From an uncultured Alphaproteobacteria bacterium (GTDB taxonomy: Bacteria; Pseudomonadota; Alphaproteobacteria; RF32; CAG-239), in contig CASFSV010000016.1 in assembly GCA_949297415.1 (NCBI GenBank), positions 171 to 64,170 of the forward strand: DNA of 64,000 nt, written 5' to 3'. Shown in pieces: positions 20,101-27,200 of the stretch. The notes under the pieces are model-generated. The model saw only the letters and a list, made by a program, of their open reading frames with translations. It was not told where the DNA came from and did no database searches. The position numbers and the translations under genes were made by a program. The number at the start of each line of letters is the position of its first letter. The first letter of the stretch is position 1.

Positions 20101-20362
20101 TAACTTTTATAGGCTTACTTTTAGTCTCGCCTGAAGTTGTTTCTGTATCTATAAATATTGGTCCTGTATCAGCATTGATTTCTGGTAAAATGTTCTGATT
20201 TTCTACAAAATCAGGGGTTTCCTCTTCAGGATTATAAACCTCTGTATCAGACGAAATAATTAACAAACCAAACAAAAAGAAGCAGAAAGCGATAATTCCT
20301 ATGGTAAAAATTATCTTTCGAGTTTTTCTTTCATATTCTTCAAACCGAGTGTTCTCGTTCAT
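14081..20362 (-). CDS. Giant (2093 aa) bitopic repeat protein of unknown function embedded between virB9 and virB10
   Basis: Short charged N-terminus plus one TM (KIIFTIGIIAFCFFLFGLLIISS), then a beta-sandwich-looking module (ILGVDTQNQSVLTIGTDGSESIHIERVELV...CNVLITWVPHLPGNVQNNFKIIWYE), then about 1850 aa of repeats (DKDGNVIGYVDEDGNVYDFEGNLIGKA). Its start overlaps the virB9 stop by 4 nt. Its stop overlaps the VirB10-family start by 29 nt. Confidence 0.8.
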   Translation of the reverse strand: MNENTRFEEYERKTRKIIFTIGIIAFCFFLFGLLIISSDTEVYNPEEETPDFVENQNILPEINADTGPIFIDTETTSGETKSKPIKVTPAQINMNKFILGVDTQNQSVLTIGTDGSESIHIERVELVEETEDGFEFRDKCKNRDLRGDETCNVLITWVPHLPGNVQNNFKIIWYETRLDKSSAKSEEVSIRGSAVYPEDNPQNCSSGSGCTIGDESGIGAHRLAIGPNGEIIGYIDEAGNVHDKDGNIIGRVNEDGLIVDADGNIIGVAQNMKLAYDKDGNIIGYVKTDGTVVDLQGEVIGKALPDGTIVNSKGEIIGKAVEAGFVYDKNGKIIGRVLPDGTVVDINDPKKIIGRLNENGEVVDENGNIIGKVTSSGNIVVDENGNVLGVVMPDNSVVDQDGNVVGYVDENGNVYKIAKEKIGTNGESRKIVYDKDGKAIGYIDANGKVVKFDQDNKKADVIGKVGVSRRLAYDKDGNVIGYVDKDGTVRDFKGNVIGKLDKDGNIVNKDGKIIGKAGAYAKLALDKDGNVIGYVDEQGRVFDHNGKHIGNVDKNGNIISTKQAGVEGNKKRIALGKDGKPIGYIDDDGNVIDFEGNIIGKVNKKGDIIGKNGQKIGKAGNYATVAYDKKGNVIGVVDDKGRVIGKDGTLLGYVDDKGQIIGTNGKIIGKAGTSREIAYDKNGKFIGYVDTDGIVKGCGGSVIGKKDASGNVIDKDGKIIGKVGGIKELAFNNQGIFIGYIDEKKRVINCDGKIIGIVDKNGNIIASSGEKLGVAGNFKRLAYDKNGKVIGYVTPDGTVKDFKGNLIGRMAEDGSILDKKGRVIGKAGDYKQVATDKNGNIIGYINEDGRVVDENGNLVGFIDKQGNVIKAGDTVIGRTCIRKRIIKNKRGTVIGYIDKNDIVKNFSNKIIGTNKNGDIVDSKGLLIGTRGEFLNVVQKADKSIIGYIDAQNYVRGNEDKIIGVVDIKGDVLSVKENIIGKLDADKKTLKDKGNNVIGYMKENNLAFNQDNKLIGYVTEDNEVKAVGEVICTACKSVRLAYDKDGNIIGYVDENGNVIDENGNIIGRVDENGNVIDKNGNIIGKVGAAKNLAYDKDGKVIGFVDKDGSVKDFKGNVIGYVDENGNILKNTNEVIGSVGKNGRVAYDKDGNVIGYVDEDGNVYDFEGNLIGKATEDGRIIDAYGREIGKVGDTKTLALDKDGNVIGYVGEDGKVYGKNGELIGFMDEDGNIIGVSGEVLGKADINRQLAYDKDGNVIGYVDEDGTVRDFEGKLLGYLGEDGSINDINGNIIGKAGDLAKVVLDKDGNVIGYVDDKGRVIGNNGKVIGFVAEDGNVYGSDGEIIGRLAEQGDGNLKVISRKSVLDEAGNVIGYIDENGIARDLNGNILGKVQEDGSIKDDKGNIVGRVGGNIDFTVDENGKIIGQVGDYSNLAVDEEGNVIGYIGEDGKVYNARGLVIGYIDENGNVISSHGVRIGTVVKKDMIAISPNGYSLGIINNKGEVINNKEEIIGKILPNSLIKSVEGEKIIGKTVIGGMAVGWGCQNLGYVDRDAKVKKDGKETEYRMIFDRTIVDNEGNYVGDIAKVGSVRDERCNIIGKAEYDGFVRNNDGGYVGCVNPDGGVLNQDGKLIGKVYEPGYALYYSGEMMGLLNQDGTVKNGSQAIGCANLEGEILNKDGFIIGQVMDKSQAYGIKGDFIDNLSNFRYDSKDIIPNTKILFNKYLVNPKLEVKGILLPEKNIVVDANGKTIGHLFADGYVYNQKGIAVDKFVYEGNSFYSQKAGKIIETGTVVDFNGNYIGFVNNAGKVIDVLGTELGHIDGKGRMFDKQGEYKGGLVKTGVGIGYDGSYLGYVSKSGKVIDVDGNISGSVGSEGHVLDENKQIIGEVIKEDFIIDIQGKIRGYLNALGDIIDDEDNIVTTILPGGTSNKNYSVLKRGIVLNYSGKIIGQVVADGSVISTENIKIGHILNSGQAVDNKGYLIGEIVEDDIVINKDDKVVGFVNAEGKILNQDKTVIGKIISSNLVVDNNGKILGHSYKIGANILGNDGKFLGRLSPDGTIYSLTNGKIGYLKSNGSYINIRNQVSGYVLDEVTQNRRN
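14105..19690 (-). repeat. Coding array of short G-x-(V/I)-x-D-x-x-G-x-(V/I)-IG repeats spanning most of the 2093-aa ORF
   Basis: By manual reading, repeats start near residue 225 (IGPNGEIIGYIDEAGNVHDKDGNIIGRV) and run to the C-terminus (GKIGYLKSNGSYINIRNQVSGYV). Confidence 0.8.
16315..18952 (-). repeat. Most regular part of the array: higher-order unit of about 52 aa / 156 bp anchored on LAYDKDGN(V/I)IGYVD
   Basis: The anchor motif recurs at residues about 471, 523, 574, 626, 678, 729, 781, 833, 1039, 1091, 1144, 1196, 1247 and 1300 (manual count). Similar DNA stretches of the form acataaccgat[a/g]acatt[t/a]ccatcttt occur near 16431, 16587 and 16899. Confidence 0.7.
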
Positions 20363-22314
20363 TGTACTCTGACCACACTACAAAATATACCATTACGTCC
20401 TAATTGACTGCAAATATTGTCACCTTCTTCTAGTGATTTTACAGGGCCGACACGAAGATGAAAAACTTCTTTTCCCTGACCGTCTGCTGGGGTATCTACT
20501 GAATAGAAAGGCTGATATTTACCTAATGTTGCTGAATAATTTTTCGAAATATCATTCCATAATTTCTCTAAATTATTTACATCTTTGTCTGTTCCTAGCT
20601 CTATGGAAATATTACTTTCATTATTATTTGTAAAAGCTTTTCCATCTCTGAATTCTTTAAGTAATGCTTCTGTTTCTGCTGAAACTAATGAATTTTGCTT
20701 TTCTAAATCATTGTCTTTAGGAGTAATCAACACCGGACTAGAGTTATTACTTGAATTACCAATTTGAGGAATACTTTTTGTTTTTTGTACATTCTGTTGA
20801 ACATCTTTTTGATATGTTACAGATGTATTTGATTTATCATTATATTGTGGTGTTACTAATTCTGCTCCATTAGCTTTTATATCATACTGTCCTGTCAGTT
20901 CTTCTTGCTTTTGTTCAGACTCTGGAGTTGCAACAAAAGTCTTTGCTTTTGGGATTGAATCTAACAGGGTTGTTTCTCCACCTGTGGATTGTACTTGGGA
21001 TGTACTTGGAATTGAAGCCTCTGACGTGGATTTAACTTGTGTTTTATTTATGGATGATTTCTTTCCACTAATCATATCTTCATAACTTAAACCATTATCT
21101 CCTGTTGTTGAAGAATTGTTTGTATTTTCAGTTGGATCAAAAAATGAACTTACTCCCCAAAATGCTTCTTTCTGATTATTGCTATTTTCTGTTTTCTTTC
21201 CATAAACATCATCGTAATTTTCAGTATTTTGTTCCTCGCTTTCTACTGTTTTCTGATAACGTTTGGCTTGTAAATCCCATTCATTCGTTTTAGCGTAAAC
21301 AGTATTCTCTAGACCATCTGAATCTGCTCGTCTTAATTTCAAGCATACAATTCTTTTACCGCTACGGAGAACCATATCGCCCATACCTTCCACTATTATC
21401 AAACGGTTATTGGGTCCAGCCGTTCTAAAACCAACAGGCGTTTCTGAACGTTCCACAATCAACGTAACAATAGGTCTTTGATTAGCTGTTAGTGCTTTAT
21501 CCCCTAAATCAATATATGTAAAGATATTATCTCTCCATACACGCTCAGGAGCTATCACAATATCATCTGGATTCGGGACATAAACTTCTATATCAAAACG
21601 AAATTGTGTCGGATCAACCGGTATTTTTTCAATCCAATCTTCTTTTTGCAAATCTCTTGTAAATGTCGAATCCGTACTGCTACCGTTTTGACCATAGCTA
21701 TTTGCATTTATATGACCACCACTATTATTACTGCCTACTACTGCTGAACCTGTTGCATTTTGGCGTCTTTTAACAACTTCTATATCAATTATCGCATTCG
21801 TTATTCTGTCTGTATTTACCGTTTCACTTTGAACATAGAAAACATATTTATTTCCAGAGCGCCCAAAAACAATCATATTGGTATCAACTCCGACAAATTG
21901 CGAAGAATCCGGATAGACCATCAAACTTGACGGTCCTTGTATTTCTGCGTTAAATGATTGTCCATCTCCTATATATACGTTTTCTATAACTTCCCAACTT
22001 GGAAAATTTATCAAAGTATACATACCTTCTCTAACTCTAACTGGTAGTACCAATTCAGGTGTCCAATAGTATTTGGTATATCCCGGCCGGGTTTGCCCCT
22101 CTCCCATGTGCTGCAAAGGATCTTTCCAGGCACTTTGCATCATGCCTAATGATCCAACACCTCCTAAATAATTCAAATTTGTCGCAGCATAATTTCCTTG
22201 GCTTTGATCTGCATTTTGATCTAAATTATCTTTTGTTACTTGTGCTTGTACGGCAGGAACCAATATACCTGCTGATATTAATATTACAGATAAAATGTTT
22301 ACTATCTTCATCAT
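20359..22314 (-). CDS. virB9: VirB9-family outer-membrane core protein with long S/T/N/Q-rich linker and C-terminal SPOR-like domain
   Basis: Signal peptide MMKIVNILSVILISAGILVPAVQA. VirB9/TrbG N-domain YYWTPELVLPVRVREGMYTLINFPSWEVIENVYIGDG...MIVFGRSGNKYVFYVQSE. C-domain FRFDIEVYVPNPD...IAPERVWRDNIFTYIDLG...PIVTLIVERSETPVGFR...LIIVEGMGDMVLRSGKRIVCL. The SPOR-like end is listed separately. Confidence 0.85.
   Translation of the reverse strand: MMKIVNILSVILISAGILVPAVQAQVTKDNLDQNADQSQGNYAATNLNYLGGVGSLGMMQSAWKDPLQHMGEGQTRPGYTKYYWTPELVLPVRVREGMYTLINFPSWEVIENVYIGDGQSFNAEIQGPSSLMVYPDSSQFVGVDTNMIVFGRSGNKYVFYVQSETVNTDRITNAIIDIEVVKRRQNATGSAVVGSNNSGGHINANSYGQNGSSTDSTFTRDLQKEDWIEKIPVDPTQFRFDIEVYVPNPDDIVIAPERVWRDNIFTYIDLGDKALTANQRPIVTLIVERSETPVGFRTAGPNNRLIIVEGMGDMVLRSGKRIVCLKLRRADSDGLENTVYAKTNEWDLQAKRYQKTVESEEQNTENYDDVYGKKTENSNNQKEAFWGVSSFFDPTENTNNSSTTGDNGLSYEDMISGKKSSINKTQVKSTSEASIPSTSQVQSTGGETTLLDSIPKAKTFVATPESEQKQEELTGQYDIKANGAELVTPQYNDKSNTSVTYQKDVQQNVQKTKSIPQIGNSSNNSSPVLITPKDNDLEKQNSLVSAETEALLKEFRDGKAFTNNNESNISIELGTDKDVNNLEKLWNDISKNYSATLGKYQPFYSVDTPADGQGKEVFHLRVGPVKSLEEGDNICSQLGRNGIFCSVVRVQ
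20362..20616 (-). other. SPOR-like (peptidoglycan-binding) domain at the C-terminus of VirB9 (approximate bounds)
   Basis: ISIELGTDKDVNNLEKLWNDISKNYSATLGKYQPFYSVDTPADGQGKEVFHLRVGPVKSLEEGDNICSQLGRNGIFCSVVRVQ follows the SPOR pattern (beta-alpha-beta-beta x2, hLRVGP..s.eEa..iC..L...g..C.vv). Confidence 0.6.
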
Positions 22315-22333
22315 ATAAATATCCTACACCTTA

Positions 22334-23092
22334 TTAATTTGTTTTCCGTTCAACCTGCTTATAATCAAGCACTGTAAAACCTAATGGATTTTTCAATCTT
22401 TCTCCAAAAGTTACTCTTTTAGATCTGTATTGTATTTTTACTGAAGCCAACCACACACTTAATCTTGGTGTTTCGTATTCTGGCATCATATCTTCAACTC
22501 TAAATTCAACTTGCCACCACATCTCTCCATTTTTACCACCAACTTCGGTTACTGATGATATCTTTATATTTCTGGTTATATTGTGATTGCGAATCAAATC
22601 AATTGCTTTATCAGCAAACCCTTCCCGAAATTGGCTATATACACCTGGAGAAGACATTTCTTGTATCGTGCTACCAGCCCCCCAACGTTGTTCCATTTCA
22701 TCAACATCATTAACAAACGTATTTCTCAGAAGAACATACTCTCTTACAAAAATTTCCGTCAAATACTTATATTCATATATATTTTTGACTGGATGAACAG
22801 TGTAAATTTGATCTTTTTTTTCTGCAAAACTAAACAAATATGGTTCAATTCGATACAAAGGCATAATGGTAAAAACTACATATGTCAGTATTAAGTTGCA
22901 ACACAGGCTAACAGCAAAAATTATAGCAAATGCTCGAGCTGTCCACAAATATCTTTTTTCTGTTGCATTTTCAACAACAACATCTGCACCACTTTTTTTC
23001 TGTGGATGGACGTTTCTTGGACGAACTTTTTCTGTTCCTTGTCCTTCCAGCAACAGTTTTTTTGTATTTTCTGAGGATACCTGTTCAACCAT
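22334..23092 (-). CDS. virB8: VirB8-family bitopic inner-membrane protein (copy adjacent to virB9)
   Basis: Cytoplasmic N-terminus, one TM (AFAIIFAVSLCCNLILTYVVFTI), then MPLYRIEPYLFSF and an NTF2-like periplasmic domain with FVREYVLLRNTF...WWQVEFRVED...WLASVKIQY...NPLGFTVLDY. 252 aa. Confidence 0.8.
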   Translation of the reverse strand: MVEQVSSENTKKLLLEGQGTEKVRPRNVHPQKKSGADVVVENATEKRYLWTARAFAIIFAVSLCCNLILTYVVFTIMPLYRIEPYLFSFAEKKDQIYTVHPVKNIYEYKYLTEIFVREYVLLRNTFVNDVDEMEQRWGAGSTIQEMSSPGVYSQFREGFADKAIDLIRNHNITRNIKISSVTEVGGKNGEMWWQVEFRVEDMMPEYETPRLSVWLASVKIQYRSKRVTFGERLKNPLGFTVLDYKQVERKTN

Positions 23093-23103
23093 ATTTTTTT
23101 ACC

Positions 23104-23292
23104 CTAACTGATAGCCTTAAACCAATCTGGTAAAGTTTTAGGTAACTCTACTTCAATGCAAGCACATGGCGACAATTTCAATTCGTAAACATCTTTACCT
23201 ATTCCTACGGGTTCCGGCTCATAATATGTACCTACCAAATTGCATGCGGCTAATATTAAAACTGCAGAACCGATAATTATTGCTTTATACAT
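23104..23292 (-). CDS. virB7: Small lipoprotein in the VirB7 position
   Basis: 62 aa with lipobox LILAAC at residues 12-17. Lies between the two virB8 copies and upstream of virB9. The call rests on size, lipobox and position only. Confidence 0.55.
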   Translation of the reverse strand: MYKAIIIGSAVLILAACNLVGTYYEPEPVGIGKDVYELKLSPCACIEVELPKTLPDWFKAIS

Positions 23293-23434
23293 GATTAACC
23301 CTCTAAATAATTTCCATCTATTTATAATTAAAACTTTTATTTTTAAAAGTCTAACGAGAAAATAAATTGCCTCGACTTATCAACAGGCTAAATCGTTTTG
23401 TTGGAATTTTAACATATCAATACTTAAAAATTTT

Positions 23435-24193
23435 TTAAATCTCTATTTCACTTTGAAAATAACTATACACGACAAAACCTAAAGGATTTAGTAAACGTCG
23501 ATATGCGGTTCTTCTGTTTGGATCTACATACCCACGAATATTTGCAGTCCAAAATCTTTCTTCTATTATTGGTTCTACACTGGCTCGACGACTTAATCTA
23601 TTCTTCTTAAACGTAAAATCATATGTTTTAAACTCTATTTTCCATGTATTACTATTCTCACCGCCTGTGCGTTCTACTGAAAGTATCTCTACAGAACGAC
23701 TACTCTCCTTTTTTAACATTTCTTCTTTTAATTTGGGAAAAACTTTTTCAAATTCTTTATATACTGGATATGATGATAAGTATGAAACAAGTCCGCCCCA
23801 TAACCAACGATTATTCATTTCTTTTTCGTCTTTTATGTAAGTATTTCGTAACTCGACATATTGTTTCATAAAATTTATCATCATCTTTTCACGAGACTCC
23901 ATCCAGCGATCTACACGCTCTCTTTTAACTATAGAGTGAGAATCTGATAATTCTACAAATAATTGTGGATCTATTATAATTTCTGGGGCTAATTTTAATA
24001 TAGATAATGTTGCACAAACACCGTATAACAGCGATGCTGTTGCAAGCATCGCCATTAAACGGCTTATCCATTTATAATAAATCAATTTCGCTCTTTTTAC
24101 TTCTATAACATCCTCTGTTATAAATGCCGGCGCTTCTTTGGGTTTTCCCTTGTCTGCTATTTGCAATATTTTTTGATTTATTAAATTTACCAT
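23435..24193 (-). CDS. virB8: VirB8-family paralog
   Basis: Same length (252 aa) and architecture as 22334-23092: TM RLMAMLATASLLYGVCATLSIL, LAPEIIIDPQLFVEL, MKQYVELRNTY, TWKIEFKTYD, NPLGFVVYSY. Confidence 0.75.
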   Translation of the reverse strand: MVNLINQKILQIADKGKPKEAPAFITEDVIEVKRAKLIYYKWISRLMAMLATASLLYGVCATLSILKLAPEIIIDPQLFVELSDSHSIVKRERVDRWMESREKMMINFMKQYVELRNTYIKDEKEMNNRWLWGGLVSYLSSYPVYKEFEKVFPKLKEEMLKKESSRSVEILSVERTGGENSNTWKIEFKTYDFTFKKNRLSRRASVEPIIEERFWTANIRGYVDPNRRTAYRRLLNPLGFVVYSYFQSEIEI

Positions 24194-24213
24194 TCTTTAT
24201 TCTTTTGCCTCAT

Positions 24214-27200
24214 TTAGTATATCGGTGAATACGAAACTGCTTGGCTTTGATTATCCATTGATGTCAACCCTTCTTCAGTTGCCTCTAACGATGCTTCACG
24301 ATTTGCTAAAGCCTCTTCTTTAGCAGCTTTTACATCATCTGGAGTAGAATCCGGTTGAATAAATGTTACCTCATTCTGATCTTCTTCAAAGGAATCTAAG
24401 TAGTTTTGAATATTTTGGATGCGTTCCGTTACTTTTTCGCTACCTTCCATACTCTTAACTTCATTAAACCCTTCGTACTCGCCTTCTTCGTCTGTATATC
24501 CATTTAAGGCTTTTTTAATCGCCTCATCTTTTAAGTCATTGAGCTTGCAGAATATTGTTTCATAATACGAACCCGAATTAGATTGTCCGCAATTTATTGC
24601 ATCTTCGAAATATGCGTCATCCGCTGAATCCTTTGCTAATCCTCCATTGTCCATAATATATTGAGCACAAACACTATCTGCTTCTTCGCCACTTTCTCCA
24701 TTCACTGTTTCTCCATAATTGTGAAGCTGTTTGCATAAGGTCTGTAGAGCGTCATTAACATCTTTTTCATTCTTTTCTAATGAAGTCAGTGCTGTATGTT
24801 CAGCATTTACAGCCTCTAAGAATGAACCGATAAGATTCCGTTTGAACACAGCTGTATCTGCACGTTGGCGTTCAATATTATTTTCCTGATTATCTTCATT
24901 GAGTAAATATTCATAGATGTTCTTGAGTAGCGGTCGGTACTCTAAATTACCATTTAAAAACTGCCCAAGTTCGCTATATTTGGTGTACATCGGCTCTGAT
25001 GCACTACCTAAACTGCCTTGAAGAGCTTTCGACTTACTATCATCTTTAGCATCGTGATCCGCTAATAGGTGACGTACACCATTTTTATAAGCTTGAACTT
25101 CTTGACATTGTTCTGTCTTAGCTACACCCACAGGAATACTTGAACGTTGTTTGAACTGAATATCTCCTGCATTATCGCCTCCAGCAACATCAATATATTT
25201 ACCGCCTAATTGACATGGATATACACCACCTCTTCCGATAATAGCTCTGTAATGCCATTCTTCTGCACCATCAATTCCCTCGTTGTTTAGATATTTCTTT
25301 AATTTATCTAAACCATATGCTCGTTCAACAAACGTATGTTGATATTTCTCCGTTCCCGGTCTTAAATTTGGCGTTGCAAGCAAATATCTCCATACTTCAG
25401 GCAGATATTCAACTGCATCCGAAGTTCCTTTGTATTTCAAATCAACCAGAGCTGATATTGATGGTTTTCCTTCTTGTTGCGGAACATCATCATAATCTAA
25501 TGCACTAAAGTAAAATACTTCTCTTACCGGTGCCAAGTTTAACAGTGGTTTCCTTGGCGCACGATAGTCACGTCCGTCATTTTCATCAAAGGTGAATTTT
25601 TCATTGTCACGGCCAAACTGTACAAATGTGTTTCTTCCTGTATAATAACCTCTCGCAGGCAGTGATGCAAAGTAGTCATCATCTGTCGCAACATTATCAG
25701 GTATACCAAAGACTTCTTGCAAATCAATTTCCGCAGCTTCAAGTATGCTTGGATTTTCTGCTTGCTTCAAATCTTCCAATAGCTGATAGTGTCTGGCCGT
25801 TATGGTCTGTTCACCTTCTGCCACACCATCTGCAGCATAGTTACCGTGTTCATAAATGGCCGGATTTGCTTCGCTGCCTTCTGCACCTGTTACGCGGAAT
25901 TCTTCCATAACTTCCGTCACTTCTTCAACGGCTGCATCTATTTCATCCTTGATGATTTTATCGGCTTTGTTGATATATGCGTTATCGCCTATTGCCAACT
26001 CTGCTGTAGCTTCTTCTACGGCTTTTTCTTTTATTTTTACAGCTAGTGTTTCTGGCGTATATACGTCATCAGGTACGCCATAAGCTGCTAATGCTCCGGC
26101 TTCTACAACAAATTTTCTGACTACACCTTCGTCTCTTAATTTGTCGGCTGCTTTGCTTACCCATGTGCTATTCGAGAACCATCTTTTGTTAATAGTATCT
26201 TTAACAAGACCGGGCAGTTCATTTGCTACAGCTTCCTCGCTGTTTGAATCTCCATCGCCAAACATTACTCGAGTCATGGTCCAGCTGAGGTTATCGTATT
26301 TGTATTCGTTGCTATAGCCATCTCTGCATACTACTCCCTGAGGTCCATATCCTTTGCACCATTCACGGTCGCTAACCATTCTGTCCGGCTCGCTGCCGTC
26401 TTCTTTGGTTTCCAATTTTTCTTCAAATACTTTATTCGCTTCTTCTATTGCAGCTTGGCCTGCTTCTGACTTTTCAATATACTTTGCGGCAAATTTGGTT
26501 GCTGTTTCTTCAAGCTTTTGATTCAAGGTATCGATTTGCGTTTGCAGTACTTCCATTTTTGCTTTAGCATCATCTATCTTGGTGTTATATTCGGTAATTG
26601 TTTTATGCAAATTACCTACTTTTTGAAATTCTCCTTCGTTTTCATCTTCTTCCTCATCTGAGCTTTCAGCATCTGAAGTTGATTTATTTTCATATACTTT
26701 GTACCCTGCTTCAAGAAGGTATCCATATTGACCAAGAATTTCATCACTTGTATATTTCTGACTATAGCATATTGCATACGGATCATCACCTTCTTCACTA
26801 TTTTCTATTACAGGTGCATCTTCACAGATATATGCAAATTCAACTTTTAACGCTGGTATTTGACCTATTTTTTGCGCTAAAGTAGCTTTCTTAGTTTCAT
26901 CTTCAAATTTATCTATGTCTTCGCCTGCACCAATTGTTAGGGACTCTATTTCCTTTTGTAAACTCTTTGGTTTTGGATCTCTTTCATCCAAACGAGCTTG
27001 TAATTCCTCAACTCGTTTTTCCAATTCGTCTACTTGTGTAATAATTGCAGCTACACGTTTTAACGAGCGTTGGCGTTCTTCCACAGCGGCATTTTTATCA
27101 TCCGTGTAACTACTTAGTTTTTGCCCATATAGACTTCTTTGAGTTATTGTATTTTCAAGTTGTTGCTTCAGAGATTTTACATCTGCTTCGTACTGTTGTA

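Noticed and set aside
23293-23434. AT-rich inverted repeat (acttttatttttaaaagt, about 23325-23345) in the virB8-virB7 spacer as a possible terminator
   Set aside because: The stem is only about 6 bp of pure A/T, with no GC clamp and no clear T-run in the transcribed orientation. Such a match is expected by chance in AT-rich DNA.
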